Origin: Candidatus Bathyarchaeia archaeon
GTDB taxonomy: Archaea; Thermoproteota; Bathyarchaeia; TCS64
Reading direction: 5' to 3'
DNA: 64,000 nucleotides
Assembly (NCBI GenBank): GCA_050014495.1
Contig: JBEKDF010000014.1
Span: 30,218-94,217 of the forward strand
Shown: piece after piece, positions 1-10,121 of the stretch
Numbering within the stretch: position 1 is the stretch's first letter
Layout: each line of letters opens with the position of its first letter
Made by a program: the position numbers and the translations under genes
Notes under the pieces: generated by a model
Told to the model about the DNA's origin: nothing
The model's input: the letters and a program-made list of their open reading frames with translations, nothing else
Database searches by the model: none

Positions 1-1092
1 TGCGGGGATCACCTCCAGATGTGCGAGTGGAGGAAGTATCCAACGCCGATGACGCAGAGCCTAATAGATAACGATGTGGAGCAGGAGGCCATTGACGCTC
101 TAATGCAAACAATGGAGGACAACGTCGAATCATATCGCCGCTACCTGAGACTTAAGGCCAAGTTGATGGGACTCGATAAGCTGGGAAACTGGGACATAGT
201 AGCTCCCCTCTCAGGCGACACTAAGAAGAGGTACACGTGGGAAGAGTCCCGAAGGGAAGTCGTCAACGCATATACAGGCTTCGACACCGAGTGGGGGGAG
301 TGGGTCAACGAGATGTATGGACGCCACCACATCGATGGCGAGGTCAGGAATGGGAAGCGAAGTGGTGCATTCTGTGCGAGTTGGCTCGCAGGCAAAAGTG
401 CATGGGTCCTCCAAAGTTTCAACGGCCAGATGGGGGATGTTTACACGCAGGCCCATGAGCTTGGCCACGCCGTCCACGCTTACCTAGGTAGCCGACACCA
501 GAAACCAAGCAACAACGAGATAGGCAGCTGCATCGCAGAGACAGCGAGCGTTTTCGGCGAACTCCTTCTGACGGATAAACTCCTGGAGGAAACAGAGACC
601 TCAGGAGAGAAAAGAGCAATTCTAGCTAATGTCCTCGATGAGTTCGGGATGTCCGCTTACCAAGTAAGTGCCAGAGTATTCTTTGAGCAGAGTATGTATG
701 ACGCGATCAAAGATGGGCAGTTTTTAGATGGTGACACGGTATCAAGTCTCTGGGTCGCGAGTAGGGACAGGATATACGGAAACGCTGTAGAGTGGCTTCC
801 CGAGATGAAGTGGGAGTGGACGATGAAGCCACACTATTACATCCCAAACTACCGATTCTACAACTATCCATACATTTACGCACAGCTCTTCGTCTTCGCC
901 CTCTACCGCCTATACAAGGAACAGGGGAAGGCTTTCGTTCCAAATATGAGAACTATTCTCTCCGCGGGTTCAAGCAGGAGCCCGATGAAACTCGCCGTGG
1001 AGGTAGGATTCAACGTCACGGATGAGGACTTCTGGAGTAAGGGTATCAAGCAGTTCGACGAGTTGATAGACCAACTCGAAGCCACACTCTAA
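1..1092 (+). CDS. pepF: Oligoendopeptidase F (M3B family), 5'-partial
   Basis: HELGH zinc motif, KRSGAFC, AETASVFGE and PHYY..RFYNYPY motifs; the frame is open to position 1. Confidence 0.9.
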   Translation, partial: CGDHLQMCEWRKYPTPMTQSLIDNDVEQEAIDALMQTMEDNVESYRRYLRLKAKLMGLDKLGNWDIVAPLSGDTKKRYTWEESRREVVNAYTGFDTEWGEWVNEMYGRHHIDGEVRNGKRSGAFCASWLAGKSAWVLQSFNGQMGDVYTQAHELGHAVHAYLGSRHQKPSNNEIGSCIAETASVFGELLLTDKLLEETETSGEKRAILANVLDEFGMSAYQVSARVFFEQSMYDAIKDGQFLDGDTVSSLWVASRDRIYGNAVEWLPEMKWEWTMKPHYYIPNYRFYNYPYIYAQLFVFALYRLYKEQGKAFVPNMRTILSAGSSRSPMKLAVEVGFNVTDEDFWSKGIKQFDELIDQLEATL

Positions 1093-1138
1093 AAACAACG
1101 CAAAAAATTGATGTTAATGTAGCAAATTAATGGAGAGG

Positions 1139-1217
1139 TGGCGCCCTGGCCGGGATTTGGACCCGGGATCTTTCGGGTGACAGCCGAACATACTAGGCCG
1201 GACTATACTACCAGGGC
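1139..1217 (-). tRNA. tRNA-Asp(GTC), CCA encoded
   Basis: Reverse complement gives acceptor GCCCTGG/CCAGGGC, anticodon arm TTCGG-CTGTCAC-CCGAA, T arm CCGGG-TCCAAAT-CCCGG and a GCCA end. Confidence 0.93.
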
Positions 1218-1269
1218 ACTTGCCAAGCAAATGAAGTAGGTTTCTATATTAAACCTTACGGGGCTGCCC

Positions 1270-1512
1270 CTACTTGTACTCCTTCGCGATGAGCATAGTC
1301 GCTGTAAGGAGGATATCAGGTATCCCCCTCAGCTTATCCACTATGAGTTTGTCGAGGTGGTTCATGTCCTTCGCTTTCACCTTGAGTATCAGATCGAACT
1401 CTCCGTAGATGGCGGCCGCCTCCTCGACCTCGCTGAAATTGAGGACCTTCTCGCAGACCTCGTCCTCGGTTCCGGTTTTTACATTGATCATGATGTATGC
1501 TTTGACGGACAT
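1270..1512 (-). CDS. Lrp/AsnC ligand-binding (RAM) domain protein
   Basis: 80 aa; AYIMINV...YGEFDLILKV...IRxIPDILLTAT pattern of stand-alone archaeal Lrp effector domains. Confidence 0.88.
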   Translation of the reverse strand: MSVKAYIMINVKTGTEDEVCEKVLNFSEVEEAAAIYGEFDLILKVKAKDMNHLDKLIVDKLRGIPDILLTATMLIAKEYK

Positions 1513-1559
1513 GCTACATCACCACTCCACCCGTTCGAGTGGTTAAAATAGTTTCTCAG

Positions 1560-2036
1560 TCAAAGTGAGAAGACTCCGACCATAATGCGACCTGATTCCG
1601 TGAGCCTAACCGGAACTCCCTTGTTGTCGCGGTCCCCCGCAGCTATAAGCCCCGCGTCGCGTAAACCCTTGAGGTTCCAGCGGATCGTCGACTTGGGTAT
1701 GTTGAGTTCTACCGATACCCGCTCTATGAGGGTCGTGTAGAGTGTCTCCTCTTGGACCTCTGAGACTATACGGAGCATCATCCTCTGTTTCTCCGTGAGG
1801 CTCCTGGTGGATGCGACCTCAAGGGCTCCCTCCATTACATAGAGCTCACGATAGTGCTCCTTAAGTGACTCCTCTAGGGAGTCAACATTCTTGACCAATC
1901 GGTTAAATCCGATTCTGTCTGGATTAGTCTTCCCGAACCTAGATAATTCCCTCTTTAAATCATTGAGGTAGTGTATAAGGTTCTTTGATTCAGGAGTCGG
2001 ATAAAATCCAGCTTTAGCGCTGGAGGAAACGTTCAC
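1560..2036 (-). CDS. Winged-helix DNA-binding protein
   Basis: C-terminal IPKSTIRWNLKGLRDAGLI...VRLTESG wHTH; start codon uncertain. Confidence 0.7.
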   Translation of the reverse strand: MNVSSSAKAGFYPTPESKNLIHYLNDLKRELSRFGKTNPDRIGFNRLVKNVDSLEESLKEHYRELYVMEGALEVASTRSLTEKQRMMLRIVSEVQEETLYTTLIERVSVELNIPKSTIRWNLKGLRDAGLIAAGDRDNKGVPVRLTESGRIMVGVFSL

Positions 2037-2077
2037 CGGACATTCTTGCTCCCGGGTGGGTATGCATCTCCCTGTGT

Positions 2078-3091
2078 TTAAAAGGTTTTGTCGGAAAGCC
2101 GGGCGATTACTACTTTGGTTACGTCCTTGGTCTTCGCTGTGCCCCTAAGGTCTGGAGTGAGAGTCTTACCCTCTCTTAGTACCTCGACTATCGATGCTTC
2201 GAGAGCCTTAGCGGCTTGCTTCTCACCGAGCCAATCAAGCATCATACCTGCACTTAGCAACTGAGCGATTGGATTAGCGATACCCTTTCCAGCGATATCC
2301 GGGGCACTGCCATGGACGGGCTCGAAGACCGCCATCTTATCCCCAATATTACCCGATGGAGCCAATCCAAGTCCACCTACAACGCCAGCGGCGAGGTCAC
2401 TCAAAATATCCCCGAACAAGTTCGTCGTCACGACAACGTCAAATCTTTCAGGGTACATTACCATCTTCATGGCGCAAGCGTCCACGATCTCCTCATTATA
2501 CCCGATGTCATTGTAACCCGATGCAACCTTCCTGCAGCTATCCTGGAAAAGCCCGCAGGTTGTCTCCAACATATTAGATTTATGGACACAGGTCACTCTC
2601 TTCCTACCCTCCTTACGAGCGAGCTCGAAGGCGTACTTAGCTATCCTCTCCGATGCCTGGCGAGTGATCACCCTCAATGCTACACCCCAATCCGGGCCAC
2701 CGTCCTGTATCCTCTTATAGAGACACTCTGTATTCTCTCTTACCATCACCATATCCATCTGTCCCTTCACATTAGGGACATTTGGATACACCTTCGCGGG
2801 ACGAATGTTCGCGTAGAGGTTCAGCCGTTGGCGCAGTGGGATAATCACCTCCTTCGCCGTCTCTCCGACAGCGGAGAATAAACAAACATCTGAAGCCTTC
2901 ACTGCCTCAAATGTTTCCTCAGTCATCGCGACACCCGATTTCGCCTTATAGGCATCTCCCGCCATAAGCTCCTTGAACTCGAAGCCAAACTTTGCAGAAA
3001 GATCCTGCATCTCGGTTAAAATGGAGATGGCGGCAGACATCACCTCCGGACCTATACCATCTCCCGGTATGACGGCTATTCTATATTTCAT
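2078..3091 (-). CDS. leuB: 3-isopropylmalate dehydrogenase (isocitrate/IPM dehydrogenase family)
   Basis: [22 protein letters not shown] and [18 protein letters not shown] motifs; lies downstream of leuACD. Confidence 0.85.
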   Translation of the reverse strand: MKYRIAVIPGDGIGPEVMSAAISILTEMQDLSAKFGFEFKELMAGDAYKAKSGVAMTEETFEAVKASDVCLFSAVGETAKEVIIPLRQRLNLYANIRPAKVYPNVPNVKGQMDMVMVRENTECLYKRIQDGGPDWGVALRVITRQASERIAKYAFELARKEGRKRVTCVHKSNMLETTCGLFQDSCRKVASGYNDIGYNEEIVDACAMKMVMYPERFDVVVTTNLFGDILSDLAAGVVGGLGLAPSGNIGDKMAVFEPVHGSAPDIAGKGIANPIAQLLSAGMMLDWLGEKQAAKALEASIVEVLREGKTLTPDLRGTAKTKDVTKVVIARLSDKTF

Positions 3092-3246
3092 GCTACCACT
3101 CCCAAGCCACTCAACTATATAACTAATATCAGTGCAGCATAAGGAATTGGTCTCAGTGTGAATCCGTATATATATCTATACTCACCATGTAGATACAAGG
3201 CGCGTCACAAGGACGTCGCGTCCGTTGAACTGAAGGCGAATATGGC

Positions 3247-3723
3247 TTGAAGATGTTAAATGTGGCAATCTTGGCCACTATGCTAGCGTTTTTGTGTGTT
3301 CCATCGTTTTGTTATGCTGATGTGTCACTTACGAAAGTGACCATACCTGATAAGGCGTACACTTACATCCCTCTTGCGCTTGCCAATGTTTCAATCACAG
3401 TTACCGCACAGTATCCAACTAAGCAATTAGTTACGCTCCCAATTCTCGTAAATAGCAAACCAGCAGGTACAATTTTACTCGACTTCACGGAGAATTCGAC
3501 GACGACAGTGACCACTGGTGTTTCACTAAGTGGAGGAAGACAACTTGTATACTACCCATTCCAGACACCAACTGTACATACGGACTATAATGTCACTGTC
3601 GGAACATACAGTCAGACCGTATCAGTATATGCACAACCAGATGATACTATGTTTGTCATCTACCTCGACATAATAACCGCAGTGGTTGTGTTATGGTTCT
3701 TCCGAAAAGCTAGCAAATCATAG
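3247..3723 (+). CDS. Hypothetical secreted, C-terminally membrane-anchored protein
   Basis: N-terminal signal-like hydrophobic stretch, Thr/Val-rich beta body, C-terminal TM helix followed by RKASKS. Confidence 0.7.
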   Translation: MKMLNVAILATMLAFLCVPSFCYADVSLTKVTIPDKAYTYIPLALANVSITVTAQYPTKQLVTLPILVNSKPAGTILLDFTENSTTTVTTGVSLSGGRQLVYYPFQTPTVHTDYNVTVGTYSQTVSVYAQPDDTMFVIYLDIITAVVVLWFFRKASKS

Positions 3724-3776
3724 TAATAGGTACCTTAATTGAGGTAATATTGCTCCAGCTGAAGAAACTGGGGCTA

Positions 3777-4268
3777 CTACCATTCCCTCATATGGATTCT
3801 AAGATATGGAACAAGTCCGCCTTCGTTTAATAGCTGCACCATGAACTCGGGGAGCGGCTTGATCTTCAACTTTTCCCCATTCACAGTTAATATGCCAGCA
3901 GTGGTATCGATCTCTATGTCATCACCTGTCTTCGCCTTTCTCGAAATACCAGGGCACTCGATAGCCGCAAGGCCGACGTTGAAGGCGTTCCTATAGAAAA
4001 TACGAGCAAAGCTCTCCGCAACGACTGCACCAACGCCTGAGTATTTCAGGGCCAAAGGAGCGTGCTCTCGGCTGGAGCCGAGCCCCATGTTTTTGCCGCC
4101 GACTATGATATCACCATTTTCTAACTTCTTTGCGAATGTTGGGTCGATACCCTCCATTGCGTGCTTCGCTAACTCCTTGGGGTCGGTCAACTCGAGGTAC
4201 TTCCCTGGCAACATGAAGTCGGTGTTTATGTTATCGCCGTAGTTCCAAGCCTTTCCCTTAATATTCAT
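3777..4268 (-). CDS. leuD: 3-isopropylmalate dehydratase small subunit
   Basis: GDNINTD, GSSREHA and AESFARIFYRN motifs. Confidence 0.92.
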   Translation of the reverse strand: MNIKGKAWNYGDNINTDFMLPGKYLELTDPKELAKHAMEGIDPTFAKKLENGDIIVGGKNMGLGSSREHAPLALKYSGVGAVVAESFARIFYRNAFNVGLAAIECPGISRKAKTGDDIEIDTTAGILTVNGEKLKIKPLPEFMVQLLNEGGLVPYLRIHMREW

Positions 4269-5528
4269 TCACTTTACCTCCCTTGGATCACTGATGACAC
4301 CACTAAGCGCTGAAGCTGCAGTCGTCGCAGGAGAGCACAAATAGACAAAGCCTTCTGTGCTTCCCTGACGTCCCCTGAAGTTTCTGTTACTCGTTGAGAG
4401 ACTCACCTCACCGGGAGCTATAACGCCGTTGTTTCCTCCGAAGCAAGCTCCACAGCTGGGGTTACAGACGACGCCCCCAGCATCCATGAGAGTCTTAATA
4501 ATGCCCTTGGCATTGGCAGCGTCATAGACTTCGAAGCTGGAGGGAGTAACCATGAGACGCACATCCCTGCTGATCCTCTTCCCCCTGAGTATCTTTGCAG
4601 CCGCTTCTAGGTCCTCGAGGCGCCCATTTGTGCAGGAGCCTATAAACACCTGGTCGACCTTAGTACCCGCAACCTCCGTGACCGGCTTAACGTTGTCGAC
4701 GGCGTGGGGACAAGCTATTTGTGGCACTAAGGCTGAAGCATCGATCTCGAGCTTCTTCACGTACTCGGCGGAAGAGTCGGATTTTATTATCTTGTATTTG
4801 TTTCTGACGCGGTCCTTGAGGAAAGCGTCGGTGACTCTGTCAGGCTCCACTATTCCGGTCTTTCCTCCCATCTCGACAGCCATATTGCAAAGAGTCATTC
4901 TACCCGCTATGCTCATGGAACGGATTGTCTCACCGCCAAACTCAATCGCCATATAAGTCGCACCGTCGGCTCCGAGTTCTCCGGCTGTCTTGAGGACTAC
5001 GTCCTTAGGCGCGACCCATTCTGGGAGCACCCCATTCACCTCAACACGTATCGTCTCGGGAACCTTGAACCAAAGCTTACCTGTGGCAAGCACCGCTCCC
5101 ATGTCTGTGGAGCCTACGCCTGTGGCGAAAGCACCAAAGGCGCCATGTGTGCATGTATGGCTATCCGCGCCAACCAAAATCATTCCAGGCCAAACATGTC
5201 CCCTCTCAGGGAGCACCTGGTGGCAAACACCCACGTTGATGTCATAGAAAAATGTGAACCCTTCAACCTTCGCTATCTCTCGGCACTGCTTGTGGAGGGT
5301 CGCGTTCTGAACATTTGTCGCTGGAGCTATGTGATCGTTCAGGAAGACGACCTTTGATTTATCCCAGACCTGCTTTACACCCATCTCCACCATCGCATTG
5401 TAAGCTAGGACAGCGGTTAGGTCGGGCGCCATTGCAATGTCAATCTTAGCTTTGATAATATCTCCAGGTTCGACGCTCTTAAGCCCGGAGTGCTCTGCAA
5501 TTATCTTTTGACTTACAGTAAGACTCAT
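4269..5528 (-). CDS. leuC: 3-isopropylmalate dehydratase large subunit
   Basis: DSHTCTHG, GSCTNGR, CGACFG and STSNRNFRGRQG aconitase-family motifs. Confidence 0.92.
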   Translation of the reverse strand: MSLTVSQKIIAEHSGLKSVEPGDIIKAKIDIAMAPDLTAVLAYNAMVEMGVKQVWDKSKVVFLNDHIAPATNVQNATLHKQCREIAKVEGFTFFYDINVGVCHQVLPERGHVWPGMILVGADSHTCTHGAFGAFATGVGSTDMGAVLATGKLWFKVPETIRVEVNGVLPEWVAPKDVVLKTAGELGADGATYMAIEFGGETIRSMSIAGRMTLCNMAVEMGGKTGIVEPDRVTDAFLKDRVRNKYKIIKSDSSAEYVKKLEIDASALVPQIACPHAVDNVKPVTEVAGTKVDQVFIGSCTNGRLEDLEAAAKILRGKRISRDVRLMVTPSSFEVYDAANAKGIIKTLMDAGGVVCNPSCGACFGGNNGVIAPGEVSLSTSNRNFRGRQGSTEGFVYLCSPATTAASALSGVISDPREVK

Positions 5529-7069
5529 TGTTTATCCTCGGTCTCCATCAGTCTGTTCATTCCCTTGAGGATGGCTTCAACGCTAGCCATGACGGTGTCA
5601 CCATTAACGCTGCTTGCAGTTACATAGCGACCATTCCGGCGCATGCTCACCGTAACGTCAGCGACTGCATTCGTCCCTCCAGTGATGGCTTTCATGTTGA
5701 ATTTCTCTAAGCTCATGTCACGGAAGCCCTTCTCAACATTCGTTAGGGCCTTGATCGCGGCGTCTATTGGGCCGTTACCTATTCCTGCACCAGCATACTC
5801 CTTGCCATCGATTATGAGGATAGCCGAGGCAGTTGGGGTAATGGTGTTGCCCGTGACGACGACCATTTCCTTGAGCTTGACCCTCTCCTCTCCCTTAATG
5901 TTCATTATATTTTTGGTGATTGCATAGAGGTCGGTGTCTGTGACGCTCTTCCCGGAGTCTCCGAGTGTCTTAACCTCTGTGGCTATCAGCTTCAACTGGT
6001 CCTTGTTGGGGTGGAAACCCATTCCCTCGACCATATTGCTGATGCCGTGGCGTCCCGCATGCTTCCCCGCGACTAATCTACGCTTCTTGCCTACGAACTC
6101 GGGACTGAGTATCTCATAGTTGCCGCTGTGGGCGAGGAGCCCATGCACGTGTATGCCTGACTCGTGGGCGAAGGCGTTGTCACCAACTATGGGCGTCGTA
6201 GGTGGTAAGTAGATGCCACTGTAGTGTTGGATCATCTCTGAGATATCAGCGATCTTGTCGAATTTGAGACCAGTCTGAATCTTGTACTGAGCCTCGAGGC
6301 ATACTGCTACCTGTTCCAGACTTGCATTACCCGCACGTTCACCCAACCCATTGATTGTGACGTGCGCTTGCTCTGCCCCTGCTTCAATTGCAGCGAGGGT
6401 GTTCGCAACTGCCTGCCCCAGGTCGTTATGGGCGTGAGCGCTCAGTGGCGTTTTAACATGCTTCTTCAGCTCGCTGAAGAATTCGAAGGTCATCCTTGGC
6501 GTCATGACGCCGACGGTATCGGGGATGTTAAGCATCTCTGCCCCTGCATCCTCTGCTGCTTTGCAGACCTCGATCAGATAATCCATATCGGTGCGTGTCG
6601 CATCCTGGGGGCTGTATTCAACACGCAGCCCATGGTCACGGGCATACTCTATGCCCTCGACGCTCTGCCTTAGGACTTCCTCCCGAGTAGTATTCATCAT
6701 CGTCTTGATGTGGAGGTCGCTAGTACTGATGAAGATGTGAATGTAAGGGACATCACACCAGAGGGCTTTGTCTATATCCTCCTTGAGAGGTCTGGCGAGG
6801 GTTGTTATTATACTACTGAGGCCAAGGCCTACGATCTTCTTCGTCGCCACGGCTTCTCCCTCACTCGAGATAGCGAAGCTCGCCTCTATCTTGGGGACCC
6901 CAAGCTCGTCGAGCTTGCGTGCGATCTCGATCTTTTCATCGTTTGTGTACGTCACACCAGGTGTCTGCTCACCATCTCTCATCGACGTGTCAAAAATGAT
7001 GACCCGCTTCGGTGGGCTTATTTTACTCTTGGCCTGGAACTGGCTCAAGTAGAATTCGTTGTTTGGCAT
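5525..7069 (-). CDS. leuA: 2-isopropylmalate synthase (LeuA/CimA family)
   Basis: [30 protein letters not shown] motifs and a C-terminal regulatory domain with GNGPID; citramalate synthase not excluded. Confidence 0.8.
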   Translation of the reverse strand: MPNNEFYLSQFQAKSKISPPKRVIIFDTSMRDGEQTPGVTYTNDEKIEIARKLDELGVPKIEASFAISSEGEAVATKKIVGLGLSSIITTLARPLKEDIDKALWCDVPYIHIFISTSDLHIKTMMNTTREEVLRQSVEGIEYARDHGLRVEYSPQDATRTDMDYLIEVCKAAEDAGAEMLNIPDTVGVMTPRMTFEFFSELKKHVKTPLSAHAHNDLGQAVANTLAAIEAGAEQAHVTINGLGERAGNASLEQVAVCLEAQYKIQTGLKFDKIADISEMIQHYSGIYLPPTTPIVGDNAFAHESGIHVHGLLAHSGNYEILSPEFVGKKRRLVAGKHAGRHGISNMVEGMGFHPNKDQLKLIATEVKTLGDSGKSVTDTDLYAITKNIMNIKGEERVKLKEMVVVTGNTITPTASAILIIDGKEYAGAGIGNGPIDAAIKALTNVEKGFRDMSLEKFNMKAITGGTNAVADVTVSMRRNGRYVTASSVNGDTVMASVEAILKGMNRLMETEDKQ

Positions 7070-7193
7070 CTATGCACCGGCTTTGGGTTTGTGTTATGAG
7101 CCCACCCATCATTATTAAGTGAAATGAGCAATGCAAGTTGCACATTAGTTAACCATAAGGTTTTATCGCTCCTCGGATGGCGAATTCCCTGAT

Positions 7194-8279
7194 TTGCAGT
7201 ACCACGTCGTACTCACAGAGAAATGTAACCTAAATTGTAGCTACTGCGGTGGCACGAGGCATGTAAATGGGATACCCCTAGATGTGACCTACGATGTGGA
7301 TGAGCTTACCAACTTCATAAGCCATGATCAAGAGGCAGTCCTAGGCTTCTATGGGGGAGAACCCCTACTAGCCCTTGATCTGATGTATAGAATAATGGAC
7401 CGTGTCCCTGTCAAGGCTTTCACTCTCCAGACTAATGGCACCTATCTGAACGAGGTCGACTCGGACTACCTGAACCGATTAGACGCTATTCTAGTTAGTA
7501 TTGATGGAGTTAGGGAGGTCACCGATGCAAACAGGCGCAAGGGCGTCTATGACACTGTTATGAGTAACTGCTGGTTGATCCGCTTTAATGGCTATAAGAA
7601 GGACCTCGTGGCTAGGATGGCTTTCAGCCGGGGAGGGGACATCTATCGAGATGTGACTCACCTTCTCAACGTCAATAATCCGGTGTTTGACCACGTTCAT
7701 TGGCAGCTAGATGTATTCTGGAGTGAAATTAAGGACGAACATGAGGTGGAGGAGTGGTTGAGTAAATATGATGATGGCATTACAAGGCTCGTCAAGTACT
7801 TCGGGGACTCACTCGAACGTGGGGTTGTTCCAGGTGTGGTGCCGTTTATACCAGTTCTCCGCACACTGATGAAAAACAAACCCGTCCCCCACATCTGGTG
7901 TGGCTCAGGCAGGGACAGCTTCGCAATCATGACCGGTGGTCGGATCGATGTATGCCCTATTGCGCCCGAGCTCTCCTACTCAGCTGTTGGCGACATTAGG
8001 AATAGTAGACCTGAATCCCTTAGGGACATCATCCCCGTCGGAGAGCCATGCAGTCTTTGCCCGGATAAATGGGTCTGTGGTGGCCGTTGCCTCTTCGCCA
8101 ATAAGACCATGTTCTGGGGTAGAGAATGGTTCGAAAGAGTTTGCGCATCGACTCGGCACATGATCCGTGAGCTTGAATCACTCGTCGAGCCAACTAGAAG
8201 ACTAATGAGGGATGGTGTTCTTAGGGTCGATGCCTTAGATTATCCTAAAATAAACAATGGGTGTGAGATTATTCCGTAG
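7194..8279 (+). CDS. Radical SAM/SPASM protein (AF0577-like family)
   Basis: CNLNCSYC motif, GGEP, SPASM cysteines (WCGSG, CP, CSLC...VCGGRC) and C-terminal NNGCEIIP. Confidence 0.88.
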   Translation: MQYHVVLTEKCNLNCSYCGGTRHVNGIPLDVTYDVDELTNFISHDQEAVLGFYGGEPLLALDLMYRIMDRVPVKAFTLQTNGTYLNEVDSDYLNRLDAILVSIDGVREVTDANRRKGVYDTVMSNCWLIRFNGYKKDLVARMAFSRGGDIYRDVTHLLNVNNPVFDHVHWQLDVFWSEIKDEHEVEEWLSKYDDGITRLVKYFGDSLERGVVPGVVPFIPVLRTLMKNKPVPHIWCGSGRDSFAIMTGGRIDVCPIAPELSYSAVGDIRNSRPESLRDIIPVGEPCSLCPDKWVCGGRCLFANKTMFWGREWFERVCASTRHMIRELESLVEPTRRLMRDGVLRVDALDYPKINNGCEIIP

Positions 8280-8285
8280 GGAGGG

Positions 8286-10121
8286 TTATACCCCACCTAC
8301 ATTTGTCCCCTTGAATTGGCTCACATAGAGGTTGTAGTAGAATCCTCTCTCAGAGAGTAGCGAATCATGAGTTCCACGCTCGACGATCTCACCGTCGCGT
8401 ATGACGAGTACCTGATCAGCCTTCCTGATGGTACTCAATCTGTGGGCGATGACGAAGCTTGTTCTCCCCTCCATCAGTTTGAGCAGTGCTTCTTGTATCC
8501 TGATCTCGGTCCTCGTATCTACATTACTCGTTGCTTCGTCAAGGATCAGTATCTTTGGGTCCGCTATGATGGCCCTCGCGATGGCGAGCAACTGGCGTTG
8601 ACCCTGACTTAGATTGCTGCCACGCTCTGTGAGCACCGTCTTATATCCGTCGGGTAGGCGAGTGATGAACTGGTCAGCGTTAGAGAGCTTGGCTGCGGCG
8701 ATGCAGTCATCGTCTGTTGCATCAAGGTTACCGTATCGTATGTTCTCCATCACGGTATCCGCGAAGAGGAAGTTGTCCTGTAAAACGGTCCCCAGTTGCT
8801 TCCTTAGACTGTCTCTTGTGACGTCCCTGATGTCGACGCCGTCTATCTTTATTGAGCCCGCCTGGATGTCGTAGAATCTGCTGAGGACGTTGACCATCGT
8901 TGTCTTTCCCGCTCCGGTGGGGCCTACAAGTGCCATCAACTGCCCAGGCTTCGCGTGGAAGCTCACGTTCTTCAATATCGGTGTCTTACCATCGTAGCTA
9001 AAGTCGACATCATCGAAGACTACGTCGCCACGAATCTCTTCGAGAGGCTTTGCGTCGGGCTTGTCGTTTATTTCGGGTTTCTCATCAATAGTCTCGAATA
9101 TGCGTTCCGCGCCTGCTAGAGCGGACTGCAAAGTGTTATAGAGGTTTGCGAGTTGCTGGAGTGGCTGCGAGAAGTTGCGAGCGTAGAAGATGAAGCTAGT
9201 TATCACACCTATGGAGACCATACCTTGTATGGCCATCCAGCCGCCGAGCCCAGCGACTACAGCGATCGCGATGCTTCCCATGATATTCATTATGGGCATG
9301 ATCACAAAGGCGTAGCTGTTCGCTCTTGTGGCGATCACCCGAACGGACTGGTTCGCTTCGTCGAAGTCCTTCAGTACTCGGTCCTGTCTGCTGAATGCCT
9401 GGACGACTCTTTCACCGCTTATGGTCTCTTCCATAGTACCGTTAAGTCTTCCAAGGTCCTTCTGTAGACCCCTGAAACCAGCTAAGGTCTTGCTGCCGAT
9501 GAACAATGTCACGAATATCATGAAGGGGAAGACGAGTAGGCTTCCTAACGCTAACCAGGCGTTTAGGATGAACATGACAATCAATATGCCGATGATTGAG
9601 AGGAAGCTCGATATCAGTTGTGTAAGGCTCTGGCTTAGGGCCTGGTTAATTGCATCTATATCGTTCGTTAGTCTGCTCATCAGCTCCCCCTGTGTGCGTT
9701 TATCGAAGAAGCTCAGGCTAAGGGTCTGTAGGTGCTCAAAAAGCTCCTTCCTCAGTTGTTTGAGTACCTTCTGGGATATTCTCGCCATTAGGATGGCTTG
9801 TAACGTGTTAGCCACGTAGCCTATAATGTAGACTAACAGCAGGGTGATTACAAGGCCGTAGAGCCCGGGGACGTTTCCAGTTCTTATATATTGATCTACG
9901 GCTACGCCGACGAAGTATGGTCCGAGTAGTGATGCTATGGTGCCTAGAACAACGAATATGCCAATTAGTACCAGTTGGAGTTTGTATGCTAGAAGATAGC
10001 GAACTAACCGCGAGAGAGTAACGCCGGGGTTCTTTGCTCTAGATACACCCATGGCAAAGCCTGCGCCAGGACCTCTACCAGGACCCATACTAGGCCTGTT
10101 AGTTTGAGGTTGGTTGGTCAC
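8286..10121 (-). CDS. ABC exporter permease/ATPase subunit (heterodimer, consensus site)
   Basis: TMD plus GPTGAGKT, LSQGQRQ and ILDEATS. Confidence 0.93.
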   Translation of the reverse strand: MTNQPQTNRPSMGPGRGPGAGFAMGVSRAKNPGVTLSRLVRYLLAYKLQLVLIGIFVVLGTIASLLGPYFVGVAVDQYIRTGNVPGLYGLVITLLLVYIIGYVANTLQAILMARISQKVLKQLRKELFEHLQTLSLSFFDKRTQGELMSRLTNDIDAINQALSQSLTQLISSFLSIIGILIVMFILNAWLALGSLLVFPFMIFVTLFIGSKTLAGFRGLQKDLGRLNGTMEETISGERVVQAFSRQDRVLKDFDEANQSVRVIATRANSYAFVIMPIMNIMGSIAIAVVAGLGGWMAIQGMVSIGVITSFIFYARNFSQPLQQLANLYNTLQSALAGAERIFETIDEKPEINDKPDAKPLEEIRGDVVFDDVDFSYDGKTPILKNVSFHAKPGQLMALVGPTGAGKTTMVNVLSRFYDIQAGSIKIDGVDIRDVTRDSLRKQLGTVLQDNFLFADTVMENIRYGNLDATDDDCIAAAKLSNADQFITRLPDGYKTVLTERGSNLSQGQRQLLAIARAIIADPKILILDEATSNVDTRTEIRIQEALLKLMEGRTSFVIAHRLSTIRKADQVLVIRDGEIVERGTHDSLLSERGFYYNLYVSQFKGTNVGGV

